Source of the DNA: Hypanus sabinus
Lineage: Eukaryota
Direction: 5' to 3'
DNA: 64,000 nt
NCBI RefSeq assembly: GCF_030144855.1
Contig: NC_082712.1
Span: forward strand, 10,292,001-10,356,000
Shown here: in pieces, positions 38,264 to 49,904 of the stretch
Layout of the letters: each line of letters begins with the position of its first letter
Position numbering within the stretch: position 1 is the stretch's first letter
Position numbers and translations under genes: made by a program
The notes under the pieces: model-generated
The model's database searches: none
What the model was told of the DNA's origin: nothing
What the model saw: the letters and a program-made list of their open reading frames with translations, nothing else

Positions 38264-38719
38264 AATGTAGAGATCACAATGACAGGGGTTAAATGTTAGA
38301 ACAAAAAATAAACCTACAGTAAGACTATAGATCATAAGACAAAGGACATTCGGCTCATCGAGTCAACTCCGCCAGTCTCTCATGAATGACTAACCGTCTC
38401 AACCCCATTCTCCTGCCATCTCCCCATAAACTTTGATGTCCTTGCTAATCAAGAACTTATGAATCTCCACTTAAAGGCCAAAGACGACCTCCACATTCAT
38501 CTGTGGCAATGATATCCACACATTCACCACCCTCTAGCTAAATACATTCCTCCTCATCTCTGTTCTTGAGGGTCGTTTCTCTATTTTGAGGCTGTTCTAG
38601 TCTCCCCCACTATATGAATTCTCTCCACATCCTCTCTATCCAGGCCGTTCAATATTCAATAGGTTTCAATGAGTCCCCTCTCCTGTCCCACTCATTGTAC
38701 TAAACTAGCGAGAATAGTC

Positions 38720-40280
38720 CAGAGTCCAATCTGTGTTGGGAGCAGAGCACTGTGAAGAGTTTACTCGCAAGTCGGCGAAGCTATTATCAAAGGATTGCTT
38801 CGCGGGAGTTCGCACATTCCAGAGGTTCGATCAGCGTCGAGAGCACAGCACTGCGAAGTAAATGAAAGTATAGAAGGGGCAAGCGGGACGGCCATTGTTT
38901 GGAGTAGGCCAGCGGTGAGAGTGGGAGCATCAGGCTTGGACTCAGGCCACAGAAGACGCCAAGGCCAAAGAGTCAGGTTCGCGGATTTGGTATTGGATTC
39001 CCATTGTACTGTGCAGGCAGAATGGCAGATATGGCAGTGGAATGCTCCTCTTGTAGGATGTCGGAATTCATGGAACATGATAGTTTCCCTGATGACTACA
39101 CCTGCGGGATGTGCAGCCAACTCCAGCTCATGAGAGACCACGTTAAGGAGCTGGAGCTGTCGTTGTATGAACTAGGGATCATCCAGGAGGGAACGCAATT
39201 GGCAGATATGACTTTCGAGCACATAATTACACCCAGAGTGCAGAATTCAGGGAGTCGATGGATGAATACCGAGAGAGGTAGAGAGAGAAGAAAGTCAGTA
39301 CAGGGTCCCCTTGTGGCCATTCCCCTCAGCAAAAGGTATACCCCTTTGGGTACTGCTGAGGGAGATTACCTATCTAGGCAAGGCAGCAGCAGCCAGACCA
39401 ATAGCACTGTGTTTGGCTCTGAGCCTCAGAAAGGAAGTGTGAAGTCGGCCAGAACAATAGTCATAGGGGAGTGTATAGACATTATCAAAGAGGATGTGCT
39501 GGAGCTTTTGAAAGGTATTAAGTTAGATAGGTCGCCGGGACTGGACTGGATATACCCCGGGTTACTCTGGGAAACAAGGGAAGAGATTGCTGAGCCTCTG
39601 ATGATTCTCTTTGCATCATCAATAGGGACTAGAGAAGTCCCAGAGGATTAGAAGGTTGCAAACATATTCCCTTGATCAAGAAAGGGAGTAGAGATAATCC
39701 AGGAAATTATAGACCAGTGCGTCTTACTTCAGTGATGAGCAAGTTGTTGCAGAAGATCCTAAGAGGAAGGATTTATGAGCATTTGGAGAGAAATAATCTG
39801 ATAAGGGACAGTCAGCATAGCTTTGTCAAGGGGAGATTCTGCCCTTGTATTTGGATTTCAGTAAGACATTTGATAAGGTTCCCCATTCAAGTCTCATTCA
39901 GAAAGTAATGAGGCATGGGATCCAAGAAGACCTTGCTTTGTGGATCCAAAATTGGCTTGACCATAGAAGGCAAAGAGTGGTTGTGGATGGTTCGTGTTTG
40001 GCATGGAGGTCGGTGACCAGTGGTGTTCTGCATGGATCTGTTCTAGGACCCCTCTCTTCTTTGTGCTGTCTATCAATGACGTAGATGAAGAAATAGAAGG
40101 GTGGGTTAGTAAGTTCGCTGAAGACACAAAATTTGGGAGTGTTGTGGATAGTGTGGAGGGTTGTCAGAGGTTACGGCGGGACATCGATAGGATGCAAAAC
40201 TGGACTGAGAAGAGGGAGATGGAGTTTAGTCCAGATAAGTGTGAAGTGATTCATTTTGGTAGGTAAAATTTGAAGACAGA

Positions 40281-40336
<56 letters not shown>

Positions 40337-41060
40337 GTAAGACTCTTGGCAGTGTGGAGGATGTGTGGGATCTTGGGGACTATGTCCATAGGACACTCAA
40401 AGCTGCTGTGAAGGTTGACAGTGTTGTTCAGAAGGCATATGGTGTGTTAGACTTCATCAACTACGGGATTGAGTTCAAGAGGCATGATGAAATGTTACAG
40501 CTATATAAGACCTTACTTAGACCCCACTTGGAGTACTGTGTTCAGTTCTGGTCACCTCATTACAGGAAAGATGTGGATACTATAGAGAGAGTGTAGAGGA
40601 GAATTACAAGGATGTTGCCTGGATTGGAGAGCAAACCTTATGAGATAGGTTGAGTGAACTCGGCCTTTCGTCCTTGGAGTGTCAGAGGATGAACGGTGAC
40701 CAGATAGAGGTGTATAAGATGATGAGAGGCATAGATCATGTGGATAGCCAGAGGCTATTTCCCAGGCTGAAATGGGTAACACGAGGGGACACAGTTTTAA
40801 AGTGCTTGAAAGTAGATACAATGGGGATGTCAGAGGTAGGATTTTAACATAGAGAGTAGTGGGTGCATGGAATGAAATGCTAGCGAAGGTGGTAGAGGTG
40901 GATACAATAGGGTCTTTTAAGAGACTCTTCGATAGATACAAGGAGCTTAGAAAAATAGAGGGCTATGCGGTGGGGAAATTCTAGGCATGGTCGGCACAAT
41001 ATTGTGGACCGAAGGGCCTGTAACGTGCTGTCGATTTTCTATGTTCTGTGTTCTATAGTC
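38720..41060 (+). mobile_element. Internally deleted CR1 (5' UTR, ORF1 N-terminus, RT, 3' end)
   Basis: ECSSC...YTCGMC zinc finger and coiled coil, then an abrupt switch at about 39469 to the ORF2 pre-RT region (KEDVLELLKGIKLDRSPG). Confidence 0.85.
40285..40335. repeat. (AAT)17 microsatellite inside the CR1 RT region
   Basis: Perfect aat run. Confidence 0.95.
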
Positions 41061-41142
41061 CCAGAGCCATCAGATGGTCCTCATACGTTAACTGTTGTAT
41101 TCCAGGAATCATTCTCGTGAACCTTTAATTATATGTAATTAT

Positions 41143-42721
41143 TGTTGGTTGAAAGATGGGGGTGGATCTTTTGGCCCTAGTTGGGTGAGTTTAGAAACTA
41201 AATCGGTATCAGCTTATGCTCTGGGTTCTATTTTAGGGACTTCTCTCCCTTTTGCTCTTTCTAAATTGCCGAAACGAATTGACAACCCGATAGTTAAACA
41301 TACTTTGTGTATATGGTTTCAATTTCGGAGATTTTTTGGGTTGACTCAATTCGTTTTAAATAGTCCTATGGTATCTAATTGTTTTTTTCACCCTTCTGTT
41401 ATAGATCAAGCTTATTCGGCTGGAAAACTAAGGGATTACTAAGATTTTCTGATTTATTTTTAGATAATTGTTTCATGTCTTTTGAGCAATTATCCAACAA
41501 ATATAACTTGCCCTGATTTCATTTTTTTTAGATATTTACAGATTAGACATTTTTTAAGTTCTGTACTCTCTACGTTTCCAAATTTTGTGCCTTCAGATAT
41601 TTTGGAGAGTTTATTTGAATTAGACCCTTTTCAAAAAGGGCTTATTTCAAAACTTTATAATATAATTATGAAGATACGTTCAGAGCCTCTTTATAAGACT
41701 AAAAAGGATTGGGAAAGAGAGCTTAGTCTTAGTATTTCTAGTGAGAATTGGGATAGAATTCTTCAATTAGTTAATACATCATCGTTATGTGCCAAACATT
41801 CATTAATACAATTTAAGGTCGTACATAGGGCCCATATGTCCAAGGATAAATTAGCTCATTTTTACTCTCATATTAGTCCTATTTGTGATAGATGTCATTC
41901 TGAAATTGCGTCTTTAACTCATATGTTTTGGTCTTGTTCATTTTTGGAGAAATATTGGAAAGATATTTTTGATATTATTTCTGTGGTTTTGAATATTGAT
42001 TTACAACCTCATCCTATTACCGCAATTTTTGGTTTACCAATCTTAGACTCACTGCATTTATCTTCTTCTGCCCGTCGAATGATTGCATTTCTAACTCTGA
42101 TGGCTAGAAGATCTATATTGTTGAATTGGAAGGAAATTAATCCTCCCACTGTATTTAATTGGTTCTCTCAAACTATGTTATGTTTAAATTTAGAAAAAAT
42201 TAGAAGTGGCACTTTTGAGACTTCTATTAAATTTGAAAAGTTATGGAGACCATTTATTCAACATTTTCATATGATGTAATATGACCCTGTGCCAAGTTCA
42301 TTTGATTTCCCAGCTTTTAGCTTATGTATTTTGAGAGGACCGGAAGTGACGGCATTGATGAATACTTATTTTTGTGAGATATTATAAACAGCCCCCTTTT
42401 TTTCTCTCTCTTTTTTTGCTTCTTTTTTCTTCTATATTAGTTATTAGATTAGATTAGCTAGGTTTGCATTATATTTTTTTGTTTTTTTTCTTTCTTTTTT
42501 CTGTTTTCTTTATATCATATATTATGAAATATTTAGACTTACTATGTTCATACATATATTTTATGGCTTATGTCTTGGTAAACTCATTTATATTGTAACT
42601 ATTATGTATGTTTTTTTCATATGCAATGGAATTTATATGTTGGTAATTTCTTTATCAATATATCATTTGTATTCTGTCCATATTACTAATATTAATAAAA
42701 AGATTTAGAAAGAAAGAAAGG
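41143..42721 (+). mobile_element. 5'-truncated L1-clade insertion with a 15-bp TSD
   Basis: attatatgtaattat at 41128-41142 and 42722-42736; ORF2 C-terminus with CDRC...HMFWSC; AATAAA followed by a (GAAA)n tail. Confidence 0.92.
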
Positions 42722-43170
42722 ATTATATGTAATTATGCAATATTTATAAGATTGTTGTATAACATCTTTACTCCAGTAAACACTCCCTTACTTACCGAGA
42801 TCCCGCCGCTTTACTAAGTTTCTCCATGTTTCCCTAGATGAACATTGGACAATCCCTTATCCAACTCTCGTTAGGGTTATTTACTCCATTATTAAACAAA
42901 ACGACAGAGTGTTGTATTTCTGGTCTGCCATACTCCAGCTGGTTCTCTTGGCCTCTCCGTGTTTCACTGAACCCTTCTCTAAACCCGCTACCACTTTTAT
43001 CTCCCCCCTAACCCCGCTCTCCATGTGACAGCCCAGATTCCTACTGTCCAGACTGTCAGAGGCCAGGCTACAGCCGCCTGATCGTCGTTAGATGCGTCTT
43101 CCATTCCTCTTCCCCTTCCTCCCTCTGTCTTCCTCCCCATGCCTTGCAGAATGTGTCAATGGTTTCTTAC

Positions 43171-43563
43171 CTGGTCTGACCTGCAGCCGGATCTCACTCT
43201 GAAACACATGGATATATGGGGGATTGAGCTGCTGTCCGTGGAAGTGTGGATAATGTTTGTCCAAGTCCCTGAACTCAGCCAGACACAGGTAGCCACCGGT
43301 GTCCTCCGCACTCAGCTGCTTTATCCTGGTCGAGGCGTTTCCCAGTTCTGGGTCCCCGACGAGCTCGTACCGAGTCACTCCGTTTTCCGCTGCCCACGAT
43401 CCATTTCCTTGGTGCATGAAGGTGACGATGTGTCGGTAGGGTTCCTTCCTCATCCACGTCACCGTGTGTGCGGTGAGGCTCTGCCGAGGCCGTGTGAACA
43501 CACAGGGTAACGCGGCCGAAGCTCCCTTGGTTCCAGTCATCACAGAGACACTCTCTTTGGGAG
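43171..43563 (-). CDS. Gene B exon 3: second V-set Ig domain (V2)
   Basis: 393 nt, open. Acceptor ccttccctcag at 43564-43565; donor G|gtaaga at 43169-43170; phase 1/1. About 75% aa identity to gene A V2 by hand alignment. Confidence 0.92.
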
Positions 43564-44279
43564 CTGAGGGAAGGACGAACATTTTTTTGCGTTACAGCAA
43601 CTGGAAGGTGTGAGCTGGTTTTCAATACTGTAGTTATATTTATTAACACTGTTTGTGGACTGTTTGTGGCACTCCCATCAGGGGAAGAGGCAACGCGGCG
43701 TCCATGCCAAGACCACTAGACACAAAAACAGTTACTGCCCCAAGCTGTCAGACTGATCAGCACTTCCACCCATTAACCCACTCCACCAGCACTCTCCACA
43801 GCCCCTCAGAACCCTTCATCCCTCCACCAGCTGCCACTTCACACTTACACTCCACCCGTCATCCCTACGCCGACGTAAGTGTTTTCATAGGCTCTACTGC
43901 GACCAAAAAGAGTTCCTCGGGCCAAGAGACACTATGCGACTTTATCATTTCCTGTCAGAGTCACCTTGTCTACAGATACCAACCACCACTTTATGTACGT
44001 ACAGTCTACATATATAGGTTAATCTTATCTCCAGTATATATGGACACACTCAGTTTCGTGTACCTTGGGCTTTAGAGGGATTGTTTTTATATTTATTGCG
44101 TGTGTGTGCTTTGCTTTTATAATTGTGTTTGTTATATTTATTGTGTATTTCATGTTGCGTCGGATCTGGAGTAACAGTCATTTCTTTTTCCTTTACAGTC
44201 GTGTACTGCAAAAAGGACAATAAACATTCTCGGATCTAGTATTTCGTAATTTGTAGGTTTTAAAAAATAGCAGGACCCA

Positions 44280-45260
44280 GTGGAGCGTCCTTTTTGTCCG
44301 AGCTGTGTTTGAGCTGCGGTGCAGTAGTTAAGTATATGCATCGAGGCTTTGGTTCAGGAGTCTGAGCAAGCAAGTTCAGCTAAGATTTTCCTTAGAATCA
44401 GTCACGTTATTAGAGCGTACTTGAACGTATCTAGGATCTTGCGGGACGCTGGGAGTATTACAAGAAAGATTTTTAGGTAGGTGGTCACACCTACGGTGCT
44501 GGCTGCAGATAGTTGGATGACCACCAGGAGAGGCTGGGGACGGAACCGTCAGTACAGGGCTCCCCCGTGACTGTTCCTCTCAGCAGCAATTCTGCATACA
44601 TATATACATAGTACTGCTAGAGTGGACGGGGAGTTGTGGTGAACTTTTCTAGGCGCAACAGCAGAAGCCAGGTCGCACTGAGACTGTATCTGAATTTCAA
44701 CGTGTATGTGAGATGCCAGAGAAGGCAGTAGCGAGGGGGACCATAACAAGTCCATAAGACATAGAAGTAGAATTGGGATATTCAGCCCGCTGATTTTTCT
44801 CTGCAATTCGATGATGACTGATGTATTTTCCCTCTCAACCCGATTCTCCAGCCTTCTCCCGGTAAACTTTGACGCTGTTACTAATTAAGAACATATCCAA
44901 TTCCGTCTTAATATGCCCAATGACTTGGCTTCCACTGATTCATCACTCTCTGTCTAAAGAAATTCCTTTTCATCTCTCTTCTAAAGGGATGGCTTTCTAT
45001 TCTAAAGCCGTGGCCCGATCCTAGATTGCCCCACTATATAAAACATCATCTCCACGTTCACTCAATCTAGGCCTTTCAATAATATGAGGTACGTTTTAAT
45101 AAGATACTCATCCCACACTTCCACCTCCCCCACCCCGTCTTCTAGCGAGTACAGACCCAGAACCATCAAACACTCCTGATACGTTAACCCTTGCATTCCC
45201 GGAATCACTCTTCCGAAGCTCCACTGAACCTTCTCCAGTACCTGCACATCTTCATTAGGA
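44280..45260. mobile_element. Mixed CR1 fragments (5' UTR/ORF1 piece on +, 3' piece on -)
   Basis: VTPTV...WMTTRRG...VQGSPVTVPLS-like on +; QVLEKVQ..F.RVIPGM on -. Confidence 0.6.
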
Positions 45261-46200
45261 TAAGGACAGGGCCTTTTTTTTTTTTTTGCAGATCAATTTC
45301 CATCTACTGAACTGCCAGATATGGCAGTTTTGGATACGAACATGAATATGCCCGTTTTGGAGGGATGCGGATTATGTGTGGGTAGATGGGATTTAATTCG
45401 CCAACATGGTCTCACAGACTTTGCGGACCAAACGGTCAATTCCTGCACTGTGCTGTTTTACTTCCGATATTCCACTCTTTGTGTACGAAAAAAAGTGCCA
45501 GTGTAAACCTCTTTAAACTTTCTCGCACTTTACCTGAAAGCAATACGTTCAAGTATTTGCCTTCTCTGGTCCCCTGGACTGTTGGTTTTTATAATTCTGC
45601 TGCTTCGTTTTCTGGAGAAGGGGAAGAATTTGGAGATTTTCTGGGCACCTGTAACGTACAGGAGAGTTCCTGGAATTCCCTCGGAGTGACAGAGAGCTTA
45701 CAGCCAGAAAGGAGAACATTCGGTCACTTGTCAAAGTCCCTGACTCTACACTGTCTCTATTCGCAGAGTTTAAATGCTATCAGATCACTCACCAAGTCCC
45801 ATGCCCCCGCCCTTTGCTGCTCGTAATAAAAGAAGCCAATATTGTCCAACTTCTCCTGTTCACAACCACTTCCCAATCCATTGATCACTTCCTGAATACT
45901 CTCCAACACTTCAATACCCTTTGTCAAATGCAACTCTTAGATCAGCACAGAAATCTCCTAATGTGGGCTCTCCAAAGTTTTATAAAGCTGCAACACTTTT
46001 ATAGCAAACAGCCCGACCAACTATACCAGAGCCAACGCTATGCAGTTCCTCAAGCACACTGCCCAACAGGATTTAATGGAGAGGGACCCGGGTCAGGATC
46101 CCCGACGCTTCGCTCCCACGTGGAGCTGATCAACATTTATTGATCAGGTTTGGACCATGGGGATCCGAGGCAGCTACAGTACCTGAAATTTGGTCCTCAC

Positions 46201-46581
46201 CTGTCACAGAGAGCTTCGTTAGAACCACTGATCGAAGTTTATAAATATTGAGCTCCACCCGGCACTGATACTGACCACCGTCACTCCGGTTCAGACGCTC
46301 CACCATTATCGAGGCATCTCTCTTACCGTGGTTCCCCACGAATCCGAACCGCCCTCCTCCAGCTTCCTGTGTCATATTGCACCGGGAGCGGCCGGGAGCG
46401 AAAAATGTGCAGTTAAAAACCACTGGTGCAGCACCTGATCCTATCTTGGACCAGATGACAGAGCCGTTCGGGGCGACTTCAATGCGTGGGTGGGTGAAAG
46501 TACACGGTAACACAGCGGAGGCCCCTTCCACCGCAGAGACCACATCAGCGCCGGACATTGACCAAGCACCAATCGAATAGT
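46201..46581 (-). CDS. Gene B exon 2: Siglec-15-like V-set domain (V1) with essential Arg (YQCRVEL)
   Basis: 381 nt, open. Acceptor ctctctgcag at 46582-46583; donor G|gtgagg at 46199-46200; phase 1/1. VFNC-x9-C pair retained. About 66% aa identity to gene A V1 by hand alignment. Confidence 0.93.
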
Positions 46582-46605
46582 CTGCAGAGAGGGAGAGACA
46601 GACAG

Positions 46606-46800
46606 NNNNNNNNNNNNNNNNNNNNNNNNNNNNNNNNNNNNNNNNNNNNNNNNNNNNNNNNNNNNNNNNNNNNNNNNNNNNNNNNNNNNNNNNNNNNNNN
46701 NNNNNNNNNNNNNNNNNNNNNNNNNNNNNNNNNNNNNNNNNNNNNNNNNNNNNNNNNNNNNNNNNNNNNNNNNNNNNNNNNNNNNNNNNNNNNNNNNNNN
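46606..46800. other. Assembly gap (195 N)
   Basis: Run of N directly after the GA-rich tract flanking the V1 acceptor. Confidence 0.99.
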
Positions 46801-46939
46801 GAACAGAGTTTCAGAAGAAAACTGAACGGCAGTCTGAGCTGTAGTCCCACGTGCTATCGTAACATATCGGAGAGCCTGGTTTTTATATCGCTACAAACTC
46901 AAAATCCGGTTTATTATCACCGGTATAATACTATACCAT

Positions 46940-49897
46940 AAGATATAGGTGCAGAAGTAAGCCATTCGGTCCATTGAATCTGCTCCACCATTCAATCATT
47001 CCAGTCATTCCGCTGCCTTCTCCCCATACTCTTTGATTCCCTGGTTAATCAAGAACCAATTTGTCTCTGCATTAAATGCACCCAATATCCACAGCCGCTC
47101 GTCGCGACAAATTCTACATACGTACCACCGTCTGACTAAAGTAATTTCTCTGCATCTCTGTTCTAAATGGACGTCCTTCAATCCTGGAGTCGTGCCCTCC
47201 TGTCCTGGACTCCCCTACCATGGGAAATAACTTTGTCGTATCTAATCTGTTCAGGCCATTTAACATTCGGAATGTTAGATTCCCCCTCATTCTCCTGAAC
47301 TCCAGGGAATACAGCCCAAGAGCTGCCAGACGTTCTTCATACAGTAACCCTTTCATTTCGGGAACCTTTCTCGTGACTCTTCTCTGAACCTTCTCCAATG
47401 TCAGTATATCCTTTCTAAAATAACGAACCCAAAACTGCAAACAATATGGTCTCACGTGTGTCTCAACGTTACATCCCTGCTCTGATATTTTATAACTCCA
47501 GAGTAGAATGCCAACATTTCAATCGTCTTCTTCACAACCGACTCAACTTGGAGGTTAACCTTTAAGGTATCTTCAGCAAAGACTCCTAAGTCCCTCTGCC
47601 ACTCTACATTTCGAATTCTCTCCTAATCTAAATAATAGTCTGCCCCTTTATTTATTCCACCAAAGTGTATGATCATACACTTGGATGGTATGACCATACA
47701 CTTTAAAACATCGCATTTCCTTTGCCATTTCTTTGCCCATTCCCTTAAACTATCGCAGTCTCTCTGCAGGCTCTCTGTTTCCTCAATACCACCCGCCCCT
47801 CCACCTATTAAAATATTTTTTTAATTATTTTAAAATTATTTAATGAACAAATATAAAATACATGATTTAAAGTGAATGGGAGTAACGTAAATAAATGATA
47901 TTTGGAACTGAATTTTGTGTTAAAAGATTATGATTTTTTTTGTTTTTGATGTGACGATCGATGCCAAATATGTTGTTGTATAGGGAAGAGGGGTAAGCGT
48001 AATAAGCTGTAGCTTCAGCCTACACACTTTCGGTCTGTTTTAAAGAATATCTATGTGTTTTGTTGCAATTTTGTCCTATGAAATCATTCTTATGAAATCA
48101 TCATTGTAAATGGTGTTTTTTGTTATGTTTGTGCTGACCAAAATAAATTAATTTCATTCATTCTATCTTTGTATCATCGGCAAATGTAGCCACAAATCCA
48201 TTAATCCCATAGTCCAAATCATTGGCATACATTGTAAAAAGCAGCAGTCCCAACATCAACCCCTGCGGAATTCTACTGGTAACCTTCAACCAGCCAGAAT
48301 AGGATCCCTTTATTCCCACTCTCTGTCTTCTGCCGACCACTCATGCTCCAATGCTCCCCTCATGCTAGTAACTCCCCTGTAATTCCATGGGTTCTTATCT
48401 TGCTAAGCAGCCTCATGTGCGGCACCTTGTCAAAGGCCTCCTGAAAATCCAAATACACCCCGTCTACTGCATCTTGTTTGTCTACCCAGCTTGTAATTCC
48501 TCAAAGAATTACAGTAGGTTTGTCAGGCAGGATTTTCCTTTAAGGAAACCATGCTGCCTTTGGCTTATCGTATCATGTGCCTCCAAGTGCTCCGTAATCT
48601 CATCCCTAACAATCGATTCTAACGACTTCCCAACCACTGATGTCAGGATAACAGGTCTATAGTTTCCTTTCTGCTGTCTCCCACCCTTCTTAAATAGTGG
48701 AGTAACATTTGCAATTTTCCAGTATTTCGGTACAATGCCAGAATCTATCGATTCTTGAAAGATCATCGTTAATGCCTCCTCAATCTCTCTAGCTACTTCC
48801 TTCAGAATCCGAGGGTGCATTCCATCAGGTCCAGGAGATTTATCCACCCTCAGACCATTAGCTTCCTGAGCACTTTCTTAGTCGTAATTTTCACTGCACC
48901 TGCTTCAGTTCCCTGACGCTCTTGAATGTCCGGTATACTGCAGATGTCTTCCACTGTGAAGACTGATGCAAAATACGCATTCAGTTCCTCTGCCATTTCT
49001 GCATCTCTCATTACAATATCTCCAGCGTCATTTTGCATTGGTCCTATATCTACCCTCGACTCTCTTTTACCCTTTATATATTAAAAAAAGTTTTTAATAT
49101 CTTCTTTGATATTAGTCGCCTGCTTCCTCTCATAATTTACCTTTTCCTTCCTAATGACCTTCTTAGTTTCCTTCTGCAAGTTTTTAAAAGCTCCTCAATC
49201 CTCTATCTTCCCACTAGCTCTGGCTTCCTTGTATGCTCTCTCTTTTGCTTTTACTTTGGCTCTGTCTTCACTTGTCAGCCATGGTAGTGTCCTTCTTCCC
49301 TTTTAAAAATTCTTCTTATTTGGAATATATCTGACTTGCACTTCCCTCATTTTACGCAGTAACTCCAGACATTGCTGCTCTACTGTCTTTCCTGCAAATG
49401 ACCCTTTCCAGTCAACTTCAGCCAGTTCCCCTCTCATGTCATTGTAATTTCCTTTATTCCACTGTAATACCGACACATTGGATTTTATTTTTCCCTCTCA
49501 AATTTCAATGTGAATTCAATCATATTGTGATCACTGTTCTCTAAGGGTTCCTTATCCTTAAGCTGTCTTATCACCTGCAGATTATTGCACAACACCCAAT
49601 CCAGCGCAGCCGATCCCCTCGTGGGATCAACAACAAGCTGTTCTAAAAAGCCATCCCTTAGACATTCTGCAAATTCTCGTTCTTGAGGTCCAGTACTGAC
49701 CTAGTTTTCCCAGTCCACTTTCTTGTTAAAATCTCCAACGATTCTCATGACATTGCCTTTCTGACAGGCCTTTTCTACCTCCTGCTGTAATTTGTAATCC
49801 AAATTCCGGCTGCTGTTTGGAGGCCTGTAAACAACTGCCATTAGGGTCCTTTTACCCTTAACTCAACCCATAGAGACTCTACACCTTCCGATCCTAC
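46940..49897 (-). mobile_element. Decayed CR1 (end of endonuclease through RT to 3' end), interrupted by an AT-rich insert at about 47812-48160
   Basis: DKSPGPDGMHPRILKE, NYRPVILTS, QHGFLKGKSCLTNLL, TFADDTK, LEKVQRR. Confidence 0.88.
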
Positions 49898-49904
49898 GTC
49901 CCCT

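Noticed and set aside
37276-38277. 333-aa RT ORF as an active or domesticated gene
   Set aside because: It is 5'-truncated with no endonuclease, has a stop at 37276, and is a TSD-flanked ordinary CR1 copy.
40270-40596. Poly-Asn (or poly-Ile) protein
   Set aside because: An (AAT)17 microsatellite expanded inside a decayed CR1 RT.
42790-42840. Strong donor-like g|gtaagtaag downstream of gene B V2
   Set aside because: The implied 38-nt exon hits TAG in the required phase, and the acceptor is absent in gene A.
36376-43170. A hidden C2-set exon completing a canonical Siglec-15
   Set aside because: No Ig-like ORF in the track or by eye; the interval is explained by TEs and by flanks shared with gene A's 1 kb intron.
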